Notes under the pieces: generated by a model
Told to the model about the DNA's origin: nothing
The model's input: only the letters and a program-made list of their open reading frames with translations
The model's database searches: none
Assembly (NCBI GenBank): GCA_028826165.1
Contig: JAPDFW010000024.1
Location: 1-64,000 of the forward strand
DNA length: 64,000 bases
Direction of reading: 5' to 3'
Origin: Anaeramoeba ignava BMAN
Lineage: Eukaryota; Protista; Anaeramoebae
Position numbers and translations under genes: made by a program
Shown here: positions 14,657 to 29,014 of the stretch, piece after piece
Layout: each line of letters begins with the position of its first letter
Numbering within the stretch: the stretch's first letter is position 1

Positions 14657-16803
14657 ATTTAAAATAAATTTAAATTGAAATAAATTTAATTTGAAATAAA
14701 TTTAATTGAAATAAATTTAATTTGAAATAAATTTGAATTGAAATAAATTTAAATTGAAATAAATTTAAATTGAAATAAATTTAATTTGAAATAAATTTAA
14801 TTTGAAATAATTGAAATAAATTTAAATTTGAAATAAATTTAAATTGAAATAAATTTAAATTGAAATAAATTTGAATTGAAATAAATTTAATTTGAAATAA
14901 ATTTGAAATAAATTTAAATTGAAATAAATTTAATTTGAAATAAATTTGAATTGAAATAAATTTAATTTGAAATAAATTTAAATTGAAATAAATTTAATTT
15001 GAAATAAATTTGAAATAAATTTAATTTGAAATGTTAAATTTAAATTGAAATAAATTTTAATTTAAAAATAAATTTAATTTGAAATAAATTTAATTTGAAA
15101 TAAATTTGAATTGAAATAAATTTAAATTGAAATAAATTTAATTTGAAATAAAAATTGAAATAAATTTAATTTGAAATAAATTTAATTTGAAATAAATTTA
15201 ATTTGAAATAAATTAAATTTGAAAAATAAATAAATTTAATTGAATTAAAAATAAATTTAATTTGAAATAAATTTAAATTTGAAATAAATTTAAATTGAAA
15301 TAAATTTAATTTGAAATAAATTTGAAATTTGAAATAAATTTAATTTGAAATAAATTTAATTTGAAATAAAATTTGAAATAAATTTAATTTGAAATAAATT
15401 TAAATTGAAATAAATTTAAATTTGAAATAAATTTAATTTGAAATAAATTTGATTTGAAATAAATTTGAATTGAAATAAATTTAATTTGAAATAAATTGAA
15501 ATAAATTTGAATTGAAATAAATTTAATTTGAAATAAATTTGAATTGAAATAAATTTGAATTGAAATAAATTTGAATTGAAATAAATTTAATTTGAAATAA
15601 ATTTAATTTGAAATAAATTTAATTTGAAATAAATTTGAATTTGAAATAAATTTAAATTGAAATAAATTTAAATAAAATTTTGAAATAAATTTAATTTGAA
15701 ATAAATTTAATTTGAAATAAATTTAATTTGAAATAAATTTAATTTGAAATAAATTTGAATTGAAATAAATTTAATTTGAATTGAAATAAATTTAAATTGA
15801 AATAAATTTGAATTGAAATAAATTTAAATTTGAAATAAATTTAATTTGAAATAAATTTAATTTGAAATAAATTTGAATTGAAATAAATTTGAATTGAAAT
15901 AAATTTAATTTGAAATAAATTTAAATTGAAATAAATTTGAATTGAAATAAATTTAATTTGAAATAAATTTAATTTGAAATAAATTTAATTTGAAATAAAT
16001 TTAATTTGAAATAAATTTGAATTGAAATAATTTGAAATAAATTTAAATTGAAATAAATTTAATTTGAAATAAATTTAATTTGAAATAAATTTGAATTAAA
16101 TTTAAATTGAAATAAATTTGAATTGAAATAAATTTGAATTGAAATAAATTTGAATTGAAATAAATTTAATTTGAAATAAATTTAATTTGAAATAAATTTG
16201 AAATAAATTTAATTTGAAATAAATTTAATTTGAATTGAAATAAATTTAATTTGAAATAAATTTGAATTGAAATAAATTTGAATTTGAAATAAATTTAAAT
16301 TGAAATAAATTTAATTTGAAATAAATTTGAATTTGAATTGAAATAAATTTAATTTGAAATAAATTTGAATTGAAATAAATTTGAATTGAAATAAATTTAA
16401 TTTGAAATAAATTTAATTTGAAATAAATTTGAATTGAAATAAATTTAAATTGAAATAAATTTGAATTTGAAATAAATTTAATTTGAAATAAATTTGAATT
16501 TGAAATAAATTTGAATTGAAATAAATTTGAAATAAATTTAATTTGAAATAAATTTGAAATAAATTTAATTTGAAATAAATTTAATTTGAAATAAATTTAA
16601 TTTGAAATTGAAATAAATTTAATTTGAAATAAATTTAATTTGAAATAAATTTAATTTGAAATAAATTTGAATTTGAAATAAATTTAATTTGAAATAAATT
16701 TAATTTGAAATAAATTTGAATTTGAAATAAATTTAATTTGAAATAAATTTAATTTGAAATAAATTTGAATTGAAATAAATTTAATTTGAAATAAATTTGA
16801 AAT
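14657..16803. repeat. 16-bp tandem array TTGAAATAAATTT(A/G)A(A/T), roughly 130 copies; rDNA intergenic-spacer-like subrepeats
   Basis: Direct reading. Ends abruptly ~560 bp upstream of the 18S 5' end. Confidence 0.9.
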
Positions 16804-17365
16804 ATGTTTTGTTTTGTTTTTGGAAAATGTTTATTTTTTTGGATAAAATAAGAAAAGAAAAAAAAATAACGAATATAGGGAAAGTAACGAATAGTTAAAA
16901 AAAAATAGAATAAATGATCAGTAGAATAAGATAAATAATATTTTGATGAAATGGGCAAGTTAAAATATAAAAAATAGCACAGTATGTGTATATAAAATCA
17001 AGCATTTGCACACCACGCCTTATTGACAAAAAGTGAGAACTTTTTTGTCAGGCAAAAATTTATGTTCATTTAATGTTGGAACTTTTTATTTGATTAAGCA
17101 AATATTTATCTTTATTTATTAAAGATATATAATAGTTAAAATATTTTTAAAAAATAAAAAATAAAAATATAAAAAAAAATAAATAAAAATGGAAAGAAGA
17201 ATATTGTATTAATTTTATAAATATAAATAAAAATAAATAATTAAAAATAAAATAATATTTAAATAAATTATTATTAATTTTTTTTTTGAAATAAAAATAT
17301 AGAAATGAAGTTGATAAATAAATAAATTTAAAATAAAAATAAAAATAAAAAATAAAAAAAATAGA
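16804..17365 (+). promoter_or_regulatory. Putative Pol I promoter / 5' ETS of the rDNA unit
   Basis: Unique, locally higher-GC sequence between the spacer array and 18S, with a hairpin at 17017-17053. Assignment is positional only. Confidence 0.5.
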
Positions 17366-18881
17366 TACCTGGTTGATCCTGCCAGTAGTTATATGCTTGT
17401 CTCAAAGATATAAGCCATGCAAGTGTAAGTATAAACCATATTATGGTGAGACTGCGAATGGCTCATTAAATCAGTTATAGTTTATTTGATAGATTTTTTA
17501 TATATAATTTGATAAGTTATTTTATTAATTATATTTACTACTTGGATAACCGTAGTAATTCTGGGGCTAATACATGCAATAAATCCCTGTTTTTCTATTT
17601 ATATTATTTTTGTTAAAGAAAATGAGGAAAAATATTATATTTACAATATATTAAAGGGAGTATTTATTAGTAATATCTTTATTAAGAAAGATGACTCATA
17701 ATAACTTAGCGAATCGTATTACCTATATACAATCAATCATTATATATTTTTATATTTATATTTTGGAGATTGTATTTTGAGTAGACGATGAATCATTCAA
17801 ATTTCTGCCCTATCAATTTAGGAAGGTTGTGTAGTGGACAACGATGATTATAACGGGTAACGGACGATTGGGGTCGGATTCCGGAGAAGGAGCCTGAGAA
17901 ACGGCTACTACATCCAAGGAAGGCAGCAGGCGCGCAAATTACCCAATGTTAAAATAACGAGGTAGTGACAAGAAATACTAATTAGGGATGTTTTATAATC
18001 ACATCTTTTTTATTGGAATGAAGTAATTTTAAATCCCTTACTGATAATCAATTAGAGGGCAAGTCTGGTGCCAGCAGCCGCGGTAATTCCAGCTCTAATA
18101 GTGTATACTAAAGTTGTTGCAGTTAAAAAGCTCGTAGTTGTTTTTATTTTTTTTTAATTTATAATGAAAAAAAAAAAGATTATATAAAAAATAATTTTAT
18201 TATAATTTTTAAATTTTTAAATGAGAATAAAATAATTTTTGTGGAGATTCAAAAAACAAAACAAAAATTATTTTATTTTTATTTTTATATTATTTAAAAA
18301 TTAAAATTTTAAAATGAAATTTTTATATAATCTAAATTAAAATCAAAAGAAATTTATTTTTTTTTTAAATATAAAAAATAAATATTTTACTTTGAATAAA
18401 ATAGAGTGTTCAAAGCAAGTTAAAATGAAAGAATTATTTTTTATTTTTTATTTTATTTATAAAAAATAAGAAATAATTTAATTATTTAAATAATAATTTA
18501 GCTATGAATAAATTAGCATGGAATAATAGAATAAGACTTTTTATAATGAAAAAAAAGATTATAAAAAGTAATGAAAAATGGAGACAGAATCGGGGGTGAT
18601 AAAATTTAATAGTCAGAGGTGAAATTCAATGATTTATTAAAGATTAACAGAAGCGAAAGCGTTCACCAAGTATGTTCTCATCAATCAAGAACGAAAGTTA
18701 GGGGATCGAAGACGATTAGATACCGTCGTAGTCCTAACCATAAACGATGCCAACTAGGGATTGGAAACTAATAATTTTTCAAAAATAATTTTTATATATT
18801 TTATATAAAAATTAAGAAAACTTTCAGAACCTTGTGAGAAATCATAAGTATATGGGCTCTGGGGGGAGTATGGACGCAAGT

Positions 18882-18927
<46 letters not shown>

Positions 18928-19450
18928 TTGTGGCTTAATTTGACTCAACGCGGGGAAACTTACCAGATCAGGACATAATAAGGATTGACAGATTAAAAGC
19001 TCTTTCATGATTTTATGGATGGTGGTGCATGGCCGTTTTTAGTTCGTGGAGTGATTTGTCTGTGTTAATTCCGTAAACGAGCGAGACCTTTACTTACTAA
19101 CTAATTAAATATTTTTTAAATTAATAAAAATAATTTAATTTCTTAGAAGGACTATTCATTTTTTAATGAAAGGAAGATAAAGGCAACAACAGGTCCGTGA
19201 TGCCCTTAGATGTTCTGGGCTGCACACGTGCTACAATGTTAATAACAATAAGTAATTATTCATCTTAAATTTATTTTTAAAATGAATATAACCTAATCTG
19301 AAAAGATTTTTAAAGAAAAGATTTATTTTTATTTTTTATTTTTTATTTAGGTAAACTTAGAAAATATTAACATGCTTGGAATAGATTATTGAAATTATTA
19401 ATCTTGAACAAGGAATTCCTAGTAAATGTAAATCATAATTTTACATTGAT

Positions 19451-19496
<46 letters not shown>

Positions 19497-19631
19497 GATA
19501 ACCCGATGAAATTTTTAGACTATTTCTTAAAAATTATTTTTAAAAAATGGAAAGATAATTAAATCATGTTATCTAGAGGAAGGAGAAGTCGTAACAAGGC
19601 AGCGCTAAATGAATTTGGTGCTGGATCATTA
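17366..19631 (+). rRNA. 18S (SSU) rRNA, ~2.27 kb with AT-rich expansions
   Basis: Starts TACCTGGTTGATCCTGCCAG. Contains GTGCCAGCAGCCGCGGTAATTCCAGCT, AAACTTAAAGGAATTGACGG, TTGTACACACCGCCCGTC and AAGTCGTAACAAGG, and ends GGATCATTA. Confidence 0.98.
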
Positions 19632-19707
19632 ACATAAAAAATAATTTAATTTAAACTTTATTTAAATAAAAAAGAATTCTTTTTTTAAATAAAATAAAAA
19701 ATAAATA

Positions 19708-19880
19708 AAAAAATAACAATGGATATCTTGGTTCTCGTAATGATGAAGAACACAGCAAAATGTGATAAATAATATGAATTGCAATGTTTGTGAATAATTG
19801 AATTTTTGAACGCATATTGCACTTTTTATTTTTATATTTTTATTAATATTTTAATAAAAAGTATTTCTAAATGAGTGTTA
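19708..19880 (+). rRNA. 5.8S rRNA (ends approximate)
   Basis: ACAATGGATATCTTGGTTCTCG-AATGATGAAGAACACAGC, GAATTGCA and TTTGAACGCATATTGC motifs. Confidence 0.93.
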
Positions 19881-19960
19881 TTTTATATTATATAAATTGA
19901 AAATTTATTTTTTAATTAAAATAGATTTTTTAAATTAATTTAAATTTAAATTTTATTTTT

Positions 19961-22305
19961 ATTAACCTCATTTTAGATAAAATTACCTGCTAAATTTAAG
20001 CATATTAATAAGCAGAGGAAAAAGAAAATAACAATGATTATGTTAGTAACGGCGAGTGAAAACATAAAAGTTCAAATTTTAAAACTAATTTTATTTATTT
20101 TAAAATTATTTTTTATTTAATAAAATTAATATAAATAAATTAGTATTGTAAACTAAAAAAGTAAATATTTAAATTAATTATTATTAACCTATTATAAAAT
20201 ATTTGGAATAATATTTTTATTTAAAATCAAAGAGGGTGAAAATCCCGTATTTGAATAGGTTTTATTTATAAAATAATTTTCTAAATTAATAATAAATTTT
20301 TTAAATATTACTTATAAAGAGTCAGGGTGTTTGAGATTGCACTCTTAATAAAAACTAAAAAATTAAATTTATTTTTTTTTTAGAAACTGGTAATCATCAG
20401 TTAAAACTAAATATTAACGAGAAACCGATAGTGAACAAGTACAGTGATGGAAAGATGAAAAGAACTTTGAAAAGAGAGTGAAATAGGACTTGAAATTGTT
20501 ATTTTATGAATCCTTCTTTTTTTTTTTAAATTAAAAAATAATTAAAAAATGAAATAAAAATTAAATAATGGTAAATAAATTGGTTTTATTTTTTTATTTT
20601 TTTTTCTTTTGAAATTAAAATGATAAAAATATTATTGATTATTATTTAATATAATTATTAATTTAATTTTATTTTTAAATTATTTAAAATTAAATAAAAT
20701 AAAAGAAAAATAAGGACCCGTCTTGAAACACGGACCAAGGAGTCTAATATTTTTGTAAGTATTATAATTTATTAAATTTATAATGCATAATGAAAGTGAA
20801 AAATATCATTTTAAATCAATTTTCTTTTTATTAAGAAAATTAGAAAGAACAGAAATATTAGGACCCGATAGATGGTGAACTATGGCTGCATAGAATGAAA
20901 CCGGATGAAAATTCGGAGGAAGTTCGTAGCGGTACTGACGTGCAAATCGTTCGTCAAATGTGGCTATAGGGGCGAAAGACTAATCGAACCATTTAGTAGC
21001 TGGTTCCCTCCGAAATTTCTCTCAGGATAGCCAATGCTTAAAATATTTTAAATTATTATTAAAAAGTTATGTCAAGTAGAGCTAATGATTAGAGGATTTG
21101 GAATCTTATTGATTTTAACCTATTCTCAAACTCCAAATTGGCAAATTAATATAAAAATAAATTAATTTTATTTTTATTATTATTTAAATAAAAAATTTAA
21201 TAGCATTGAGTGGGCCATTACGGGTAATCTGTAATGGCAAAACGGGATGAACCGAGAGATATGATAAGGAGCCAAAATATAAGTACAATGGATACCATAA
21301 AAGGAGATAATCGATGAAGACAGTGGGGCGGTGTTCCTGGTGATAGAAATCCGGTAAGGAGTTTGTAACAATTCACCCATCGAATTGATTATCCCTGAAA
21401 ATGGATGGCGCTTTAACTTTTTTTAAAAATAAATTTATCCTATTCATATCCAATTAACTTTTTTTCAGTTAATTGAGTAGGAGGGCGTATTGTTAATATA
21501 GAAGTTATAAGATTTTAAAATCAAATGAAATTAACAATAGTGCAGATCTTGGATGTAGTAGCAAATATTCAAGTTAAAATCTTGAAGGCCGAAGTGGAGA
21601 AGGGTTCCAGATGAACTGTGATTGAATCTGGGTTAGTCGTTTCTAAGAGTTTAGCTTAATTGCGATTATTTACAGAATATTTATTTTTTTATAAATATAA
21701 AAACTCAAAAGAGAATCAGGTTAATATTCCTGAACCTTTTTTTTTTTAAATTTTTAAATTTAAATATCGGTTTAAAATGGTAACATAAAATATTACTAAA
21801 AACATTATTAAATAATATGAGAAGAGATTTCTTTTCTTTTTAACAAACTTTTATTTATATTAATAAATATATTTAATTTTTTATAAATTAATTATATAAT
21901 TTTTACCATTGAAACAGATTAACTGGAGAAATGGAAAAAAGTTTGGAAGAATAATTCTTAAATAATAGAATTTATCATAAATTATTTAATAATATTTAAA
22001 AAATTAGTAATATTCAAAATTCGGAAAAGAACGTACCAATAACCGCAACAGGTCTCCAAGGTTAAAAGCCTCTGGCTAAGTAGAATAAAGTAGGTAAGGG
22101 AAGTCGGCAAAATAGATCCGTAACTTCGGGAGAAGGATTGGCTCTGATTTTTTTTAAATTAATTAAAAAATAAAACAGAACTGAAGCTAACAAGAGGAAT
22201 CCGACTGTTTAATTAAAACATAGCATTATGAAAGTTTTGAAATAGAATTAGACATAATGTGAATTCTGCCCAGTGCTCTGAAAGTTAAAGTGAAGAAATT
22301 CAAAG

Positions 22306-22391
<86 letters not shown>

Positions 22392-23115
22392 GCAACGAGA
22401 TTCCTACTGTCCCTATCTACCTTCTAGCGAACCAACAGCGAAGGGAACGGGCTTCGTACGAATGGCGGGGAAAGAAGACCCTTTAGAGCTTGACTCTAGT
22501 CTGATGAAGTAAAATGGTCTAAGAGGTATAGGATAGGCGGGAGTTTTTTATTTATTTATTTAAATGAAAAACAAAAGTGAAATACCGCTACTCTTGGTAT
22601 CATATTACTAATTTGTTTAAGTGGGTAAATAAATAAATTATTTTATTCTAATTTATTTATAATATTAATTTTAAATAAAAATAATAAAACCCAATCCAAA
22701 ATTTTATATTTTTTTATTTTCAAATATTGAAATATAAAAACAACAAAAACAAGATCAGGTGGGGAGTTTGGCTGGGGCGGCACGACTGCTATAAAATAAC
22801 GCAGACGTCCTAAGAGAAGCTCAAGAAGAACAGAAATCATGTTTAGAACATAAGGGTAAAAGCTTCTTTAAATTAAATTTTCAGTAAGAATAAAAAGTGT
22901 GAAAGCATGGCCTAGCGATCCTTTAAAAATATTCAATGAAATCTATACAAATAAAGTAGATAATGAAATTAGAGGTGTCAGAAAAGTTACCTGAGGGATA
23001 ACTGGCTTGTGGCGGTCGAGCGTTCATAGCGACTCCGCCGTTTGATTCTTCGATGTCGGCTCTTCCTATCCTATACTTGCACAAGGGGATAAGGGTTAGA
23101 TTGTTCACCTATCAA

Positions 23116-23169
<54 letters not shown>

Positions 23170-23598
23170 CATTTATTTAAATAAAATAAAAAATAAAAGT
23201 ATTTTGATAGTAATACAACATAGTACGAGAGGAACTGTTGTTTCAGATTAAAGGTAAAATGATTTGGATGAATAAGCAATGATTAGAAGCTTATATCTGA
23301 AGGATTATGGCTGAAAGCCTCTAAGCCAGAAACCAAACTAAATTAATAAAATACTCATTTTAAAAATCAAAACTTCATTTATTCAAAAACAATAATTTAA
23401 AATAAATTTTATATTAAATAAAATTGAAAAATATTTATATATAAAAAAAAATGAAGAATAAAAATATTCAGTAAACGACTTTAAAATAGAACAAGGGATT
23501 GTAAGTAGTAGAGTAAGATTTTTAAATAAATAATTTTTATATTTTATTTATTTAAAAATAAATACGATCTATTGAGATTTAACCTTTTGTTCTTATTT
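19961..23598 (+). rRNA. 28S (LSU) rRNA (ends approximate)
   Basis: ACCTGCTAAATTTAAGCATAT, GACCCGTCTTGAAACACGGACCAAGGAG, AACTATGACTCTCTTAAGGTAGCCAAATG, peptidyl-transferase region CGATGTCGGCTC, and sarcin-ricin loop AGTACGAGAGGAAC. Confidence 0.98.
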
Positions 23599-23616
23599 TA
23601 AAAAAAAAAAAATAAA

Positions 23617-23720
23617 ATTTTTTTTTTTTATTTTTATTTTTATTTTTATTTTTATTTTTATTTTTAATTTTTATTTTTATTTTTATTTTTATTTTTTTAT
23701 TTTTATTTTTTTATTTTTTT
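23617..23720 (+). terminator. T-rich tract (TTTTTA)n just 3' of 28S; possible 3' ETS / Pol I termination region
   Basis: Position and composition only. Confidence 0.3.
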
Positions 23721-23726
23721 AATTAA

Positions 23727-25653
23727 TTATAAATGAGGATAAAATTTATGATTAATGATGTAAAAATAATGTAAAATTAATATTAATTTTATTCCAAAAA
23801 AATATTAAAAATTCAAAAATTTATTATAAATTTAGAATAAAATAATACAAAATTAAATCAATACAAAAAAATTAATATTAAATTTATATTAAATTTATTT
23901 TTGTTTAAAAAATTCAAACTCCAAAATATAAAAAATAAAAACCAAAATATTCCCAAATAAAACTCTTCTTCTTTTTATTTATTTTAAATCAATTTAATAT
24001 CTAAATCTGTAATTACTTTATTAATTAATTTACTTTTAAATTTATTTATTTTCAAATTCTGAATTAATTTATTTAATTTATTCTATTTATTTCTATTAGA
24101 TAAAATCTTTATTTTATTTTATTTTATTCATCTCCAATTTCCCAAAATAAAAATAAAAATAAAAAATCAATAATTTCAAAAATCTAAATTTATATTTATT
24201 TATATTTATAATTTATCAAAGGTAATTAATTAAATTTCTTTTTCACTTCATTTAGATTCAATTTATCTGATTATTATTTATTATTTATTTATTTATTATT
24301 TTAAATTATTTTATTTTTATTAAATAAATTTTGATTTGGAAAATATCAATCAATTAATTAATAATCAATCAATAATTTATTTCTAATTCATTTCATTTTT
24401 TTTCATTTCCAAAATTTAAATCAAAATTTAAATCAATTTATTTATATATTATAATAATTTAAACAAAATAATTAATAAAAAATTTATTTTAATTTAATTT
24501 AATTTCAATTTTTTATATATTTTAATTTCAATATTAATTTAAATTAAAAATAAATTTCAATTTATTAATTTATATATATAAAATAAATTTATTTTCAATT
24601 TATTTTAAATTTCAAAAATAAAAAATTCTATATTAAAATATATAAATTTATTTATATATATTATAAACAAATTTATAACAAAATAATTAATTAATTTAAT
24701 TTCCAATTTATTTATAATTTATATTCAAAAATAAAAAATCAATTTCTCTATATATAAAATATATAAATTTAATTTTCAATTTATTTATAATTTAAATTTA
24801 AAAATAAAAAATCAATTTATTTATATATATTATAAACAAATTTATAACAAAATAATTAATTAATTTAATTTCCAATTTCTTTATAATTTATATTCAAAAA
24901 ATAAAAAAATCAATTTCTCTCTATATAAAATATATAAATTTATTAAAATAAAAATCAATTTATTTATATATATTATAAACAAATTATAAAAAAAAATAAT
25001 TAATTTAATTTCAATTTATTTATAATTTATATTCAAAAATAAAAATAAATTTAATTTTCAATTTATTAAAATAAAAAAAATTAAATTTAAAATTAATTTT
25101 AATTTTATTCAAAAAAAAAATTAAAAATCAAAAAAAATTTATTATAAATTTAGAATAAAATAATACAAAATTAAATCAATACAAAAAAATTAATATTAAA
25201 TTTATATTAAATTTATTTTTGTTTAAAAAATTCAAACTCCAAAATATAAAAAATAAAAACCAAAATATTCCCAAACAAAACTCTTCTTCTTTTTATTTAT
25301 TTTAAATCAATTTAATATCTAAATCTGTAATTACTTTATTAATTAATTTACTTTTAAATTTATTTATTTTCAAATTCTGAATTAATTTATTTAATTTATT
25401 CTATTTATTTCTATTAGATAAAATCTTTATTTTATTCATCTCCAATTTCCTAAAATAAAAATAAAAATAAAAAATCAATAATTTCAAAAATCTAAATTTA
25501 TATTTATTTATATTTATAATTTATCAAAGGTAATTAATTAAATTTCTTTTTCACTTCATTTAGATTCAATTTATCTGATTATTATTTATTATTTATTTAT
25601 TTATTATTTTAAATTATTTTATTTTTATTAAATAAATTTTGATTTGGAAAATA
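23727..25653 (+). mobile_element. Truncated/degenerate copy of the CAGACATTTTA-ended non-autonomous element
   Basis: Begins with TGAGGATAAAATTTATGATTAATGATGTAAAA, as in the complete copies, but lacks the terminal CAGAC. Has an internal duplication (~23800 vs ~25120). Confidence 0.6.
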
Positions 25654-28600
25654 CAGACATTTTATTGTAAGTAAGGATAAAATTTATGATTAATGATGTA
25701 AAAATGATGTAAAATTAATATTAATTTTATTCCAAAAAAATATTAAAAATTCAAAAATTTATTATAAATTTGGAATAAAATAATACAAAATTAAATCAAT
25801 ACAAAAAAATTAATATTAATTTTATATTAAATTTATTTTTGTTTAAAAAATTCAAACTCCAAAATATAAAAATACAAACCAAAATATTCCCAAATAAAAC
25901 TCTTCTTCTTTTTATTTATTTTAAATCAATTTAATATCTAAATCTGTAATTACTTTATTAATTAATTTACTTTTAAATTTATTTATTTTCAAATTCTGAA
26001 TTAATTTATTTAATTTATTCTATTTATTTCTATTAGATAAAATCTTTATTTTATTTTATTTTATTTTATTCATCTCCAATTTCCTAAAATAAAAATAAAA
26101 AAATCAATAATTTCAAAAATCTAAATTTATATTTATTTATATTTATAATTTATCAAAGGTAATTAACTAAATTTCTTTTTCACTTCATTTAGATTCAATT
26201 TATCTGATTATTATTTATTATTTATTTATTTATTATTTTAAATTATTTTATTTTTATTAATAAATTTTGATTTGGAAAATATCAATCAATTAATCAATAA
26301 TCAATCAATAATTTATTTCTAATTCATTTCATTTTTTTTTCATTTCCAAAATTTAAATCAATTTATTTATATATATTATAAACAAATTTATAATAAAATA
26401 ATTAATTAATTTAAATTCCAATTTATTTATAATTTATATTCAAAAAATAAAAAAAATCAATTTCTCTCTATATATAAAATATATAAATTTAATTTTTAAT
26501 TTATTTATAATTTAAATTAAAAATAAAAAAAATCAATTTATTTATATATATTATAAACAAATTTATAACAAAATAATTTATTAATTTAATTTCCAATTTA
26601 TTTATAATTTATATTCAAAAAATAAAAAATCAATTTCTCTCTATATATAAAATATATAAATTTAATTTTCAATTTATTTATAATTCAAATTAAAAATAAA
26701 AAAAATCAATTTATTTATATATATTATAAACAAATTTATAACAAAAATAATTTATTAATTTAATTTTCCAATTTATTTATAATTTAAATTCAAAAATAAA
26801 AAAATCAATTTCTCTCTATATATAAAATATATAAATTTAATTTTCAATTTATTTATAATTTAAAATAAAAATAAAAAAAATCAATTTATTTATATATATT
26901 ATAAACAAATTTATAATAAAATAATTAATTAATTTAATTTTCAATTTATTTATAATTTATATTCAAAAAATAAAAAATCAATTTCTCTCTATATATAAAA
27001 TATATAAATTTAATTTTCAATTCATTTATAATTTAAATTAAAAATAAAAAAAATCAATTTATTTATATATATTATAAACAAATTTATAACAAAATAATTT
27101 ATTAATTTAATTTTCAATTTATTTATAATTTATATTCAAAAAATAAAAAATCAATTTCTCTCTATATATAAAATATATGAATTTAATTTTCAATTTATTT
27201 CAATTTAAATTCAAAATAAAAAAAATCAATTTATTTATATATATTATAAACATATTTATAACAAAATAATTAATTAATTTAATTTTCAATTTATTTATAA
27301 TTTATATTCAAAAATAAAAAATCAATTTCTCTCTATATATAAAATATATAAATCTAATTTTCAATTTAATTATAATTTAAATTAAAAATAAAAAAATCAA
27401 TTTATTTATATATATTATAAACAAATTTATAATAAAATAATTTATTAATTTAATTTTCAATTTATTTATAATTTATATTCAAAAAATAAAAAATCAATTT
27501 CTCTCTATATATAAAATATATAAATTTATTTTTAATTTATTTATAATTTAAATTAAAAATAAAAAAATCAATTTATTTATATATATTATAAAACAAATTT
27601 ATAACAAAATAATTAATTAATTTAATTTCCAATTTATTTATAATTTATATTCAAAAAATAAAAAAATCAATTTCTCTCTATATATAAAATATATAAATTT
27701 ATTTTTAATTTATTTATAATTTAAATTAAAAATAAAAAAAATCAATTTATTTATATATATTATAAACAAATTTATAACAAAATAATTAATTAATTTAATT
27801 CCCAATTTATTTATAATTTTAATTCAAAAATAAAAAAATCAATTTCTCTCTATATATAAAATATATAAATTTATTTTTAAATTTATTTATAATATAAAAA
27901 ATAAAAAAAAAAATCAATTTATTTATATATATTATAAACAAATTTATAACAAAATAATTAATCAATTTAATTTCCAATTTATTTATAATTTATATTCAAA
28001 AAATAAAAAATCAATTTCTCTCTATATATAAAATATATAAATTTAATTTTCAATTTATTTATAATTTAAATTAAAAATAAAAAAATCAATTTATTTATAT
28101 ATATTATAAACAAATTTATAATAAAATAATTTATAAATTTAAATTCAAAAATAAAAAATCAATAATTTCAAAAATCTAAATTTATACTTATTTATATCAT
28201 TATTTATATTTATAATTTATCAAAGGTAATTAATTAATTAAATTTCTTTTTCACTTCATTTATATTCGATTTATCTGATTATTATCTATTATTTATTTAT
28301 TTATTATTTTAAATTATTTTATTTTTATTAAATAAATTTTGATTTGGAAAATATCAATCAATTAATTAATAATCAATCAATAATTTATTTCTAATTCATT
28401 TCATTTTTTTTTCATTTCCAAAATTTAAATCAAAATTCAAATCAAAAATTAAATCAAATTAAATTCAAAATTTAAATCAAATTCAAAATTCAAAATCTAT
28501 TGATAATTTGTTCTGAAAATAAAATCTAAATATAAATATAAAAAAAAATCAAATTGATATTATTTTTATATGTTTTATTTAGAAACAAAAAAAAATCATC

Positions 28601-28801
28601 AAATTTGTTTTGTTTGTTTGTTTCATTTCTTTTAATATTTTTATCTAAAATAAATAAATTAAAAATCCAATTTTTCTTTTTCTTTTCTTTTCTTTTCTTT
28701 TTTTATTGATTCAAAATATTCCATAAAAATAAAAAATAAAATAAAAATAAAAATTGATTATTAATTTTTTTATAAGTTTTTGGAATTCCTTAAAATGTCT
28801 G
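25654..28801 (+). mobile_element. Non-autonomous TIR element (Tc1/mariner/IS630-like) with 11-bp TIR CAGACATTTTA...TAAAATGTCTG and TA on both sides
   Basis: TA|CAGACATTTTA at 25654; TAAAATGTCTG|TA at 28791-28801; no ORF. Confidence 0.7.
26360..28130. repeat. ~173-bp tandem repeat, about 10 copies, inside the element
   Basis: TCTCTCTATATATAAAATATATAAA recurs at ~173-bp spacing from ~26463 to ~28017. Confidence 0.9.
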
Positions 28802-29014
28802 TATTCATTTTAAAATATTTATTATTTTATTATTTTATTATTTTATTATTTGATTTTAGTATTAATATTTTATTTAAATTATTGATTTTATTTCTATTCT
28901 TAATTTTATATTTAATTTAAATTATAAAATTATATTTTATTATTTATTATTATTAATAAATTTAAATTATTTATTTTATTTCTATTCTTAATTTTATATT
29001 TATTTTAAATTATA

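Noticed and set aside
21180-23108. Minus-strand ORFs at 21180, 22643 and 22923
   Set aside because: They are antisense to conserved 28S rRNA sequence.
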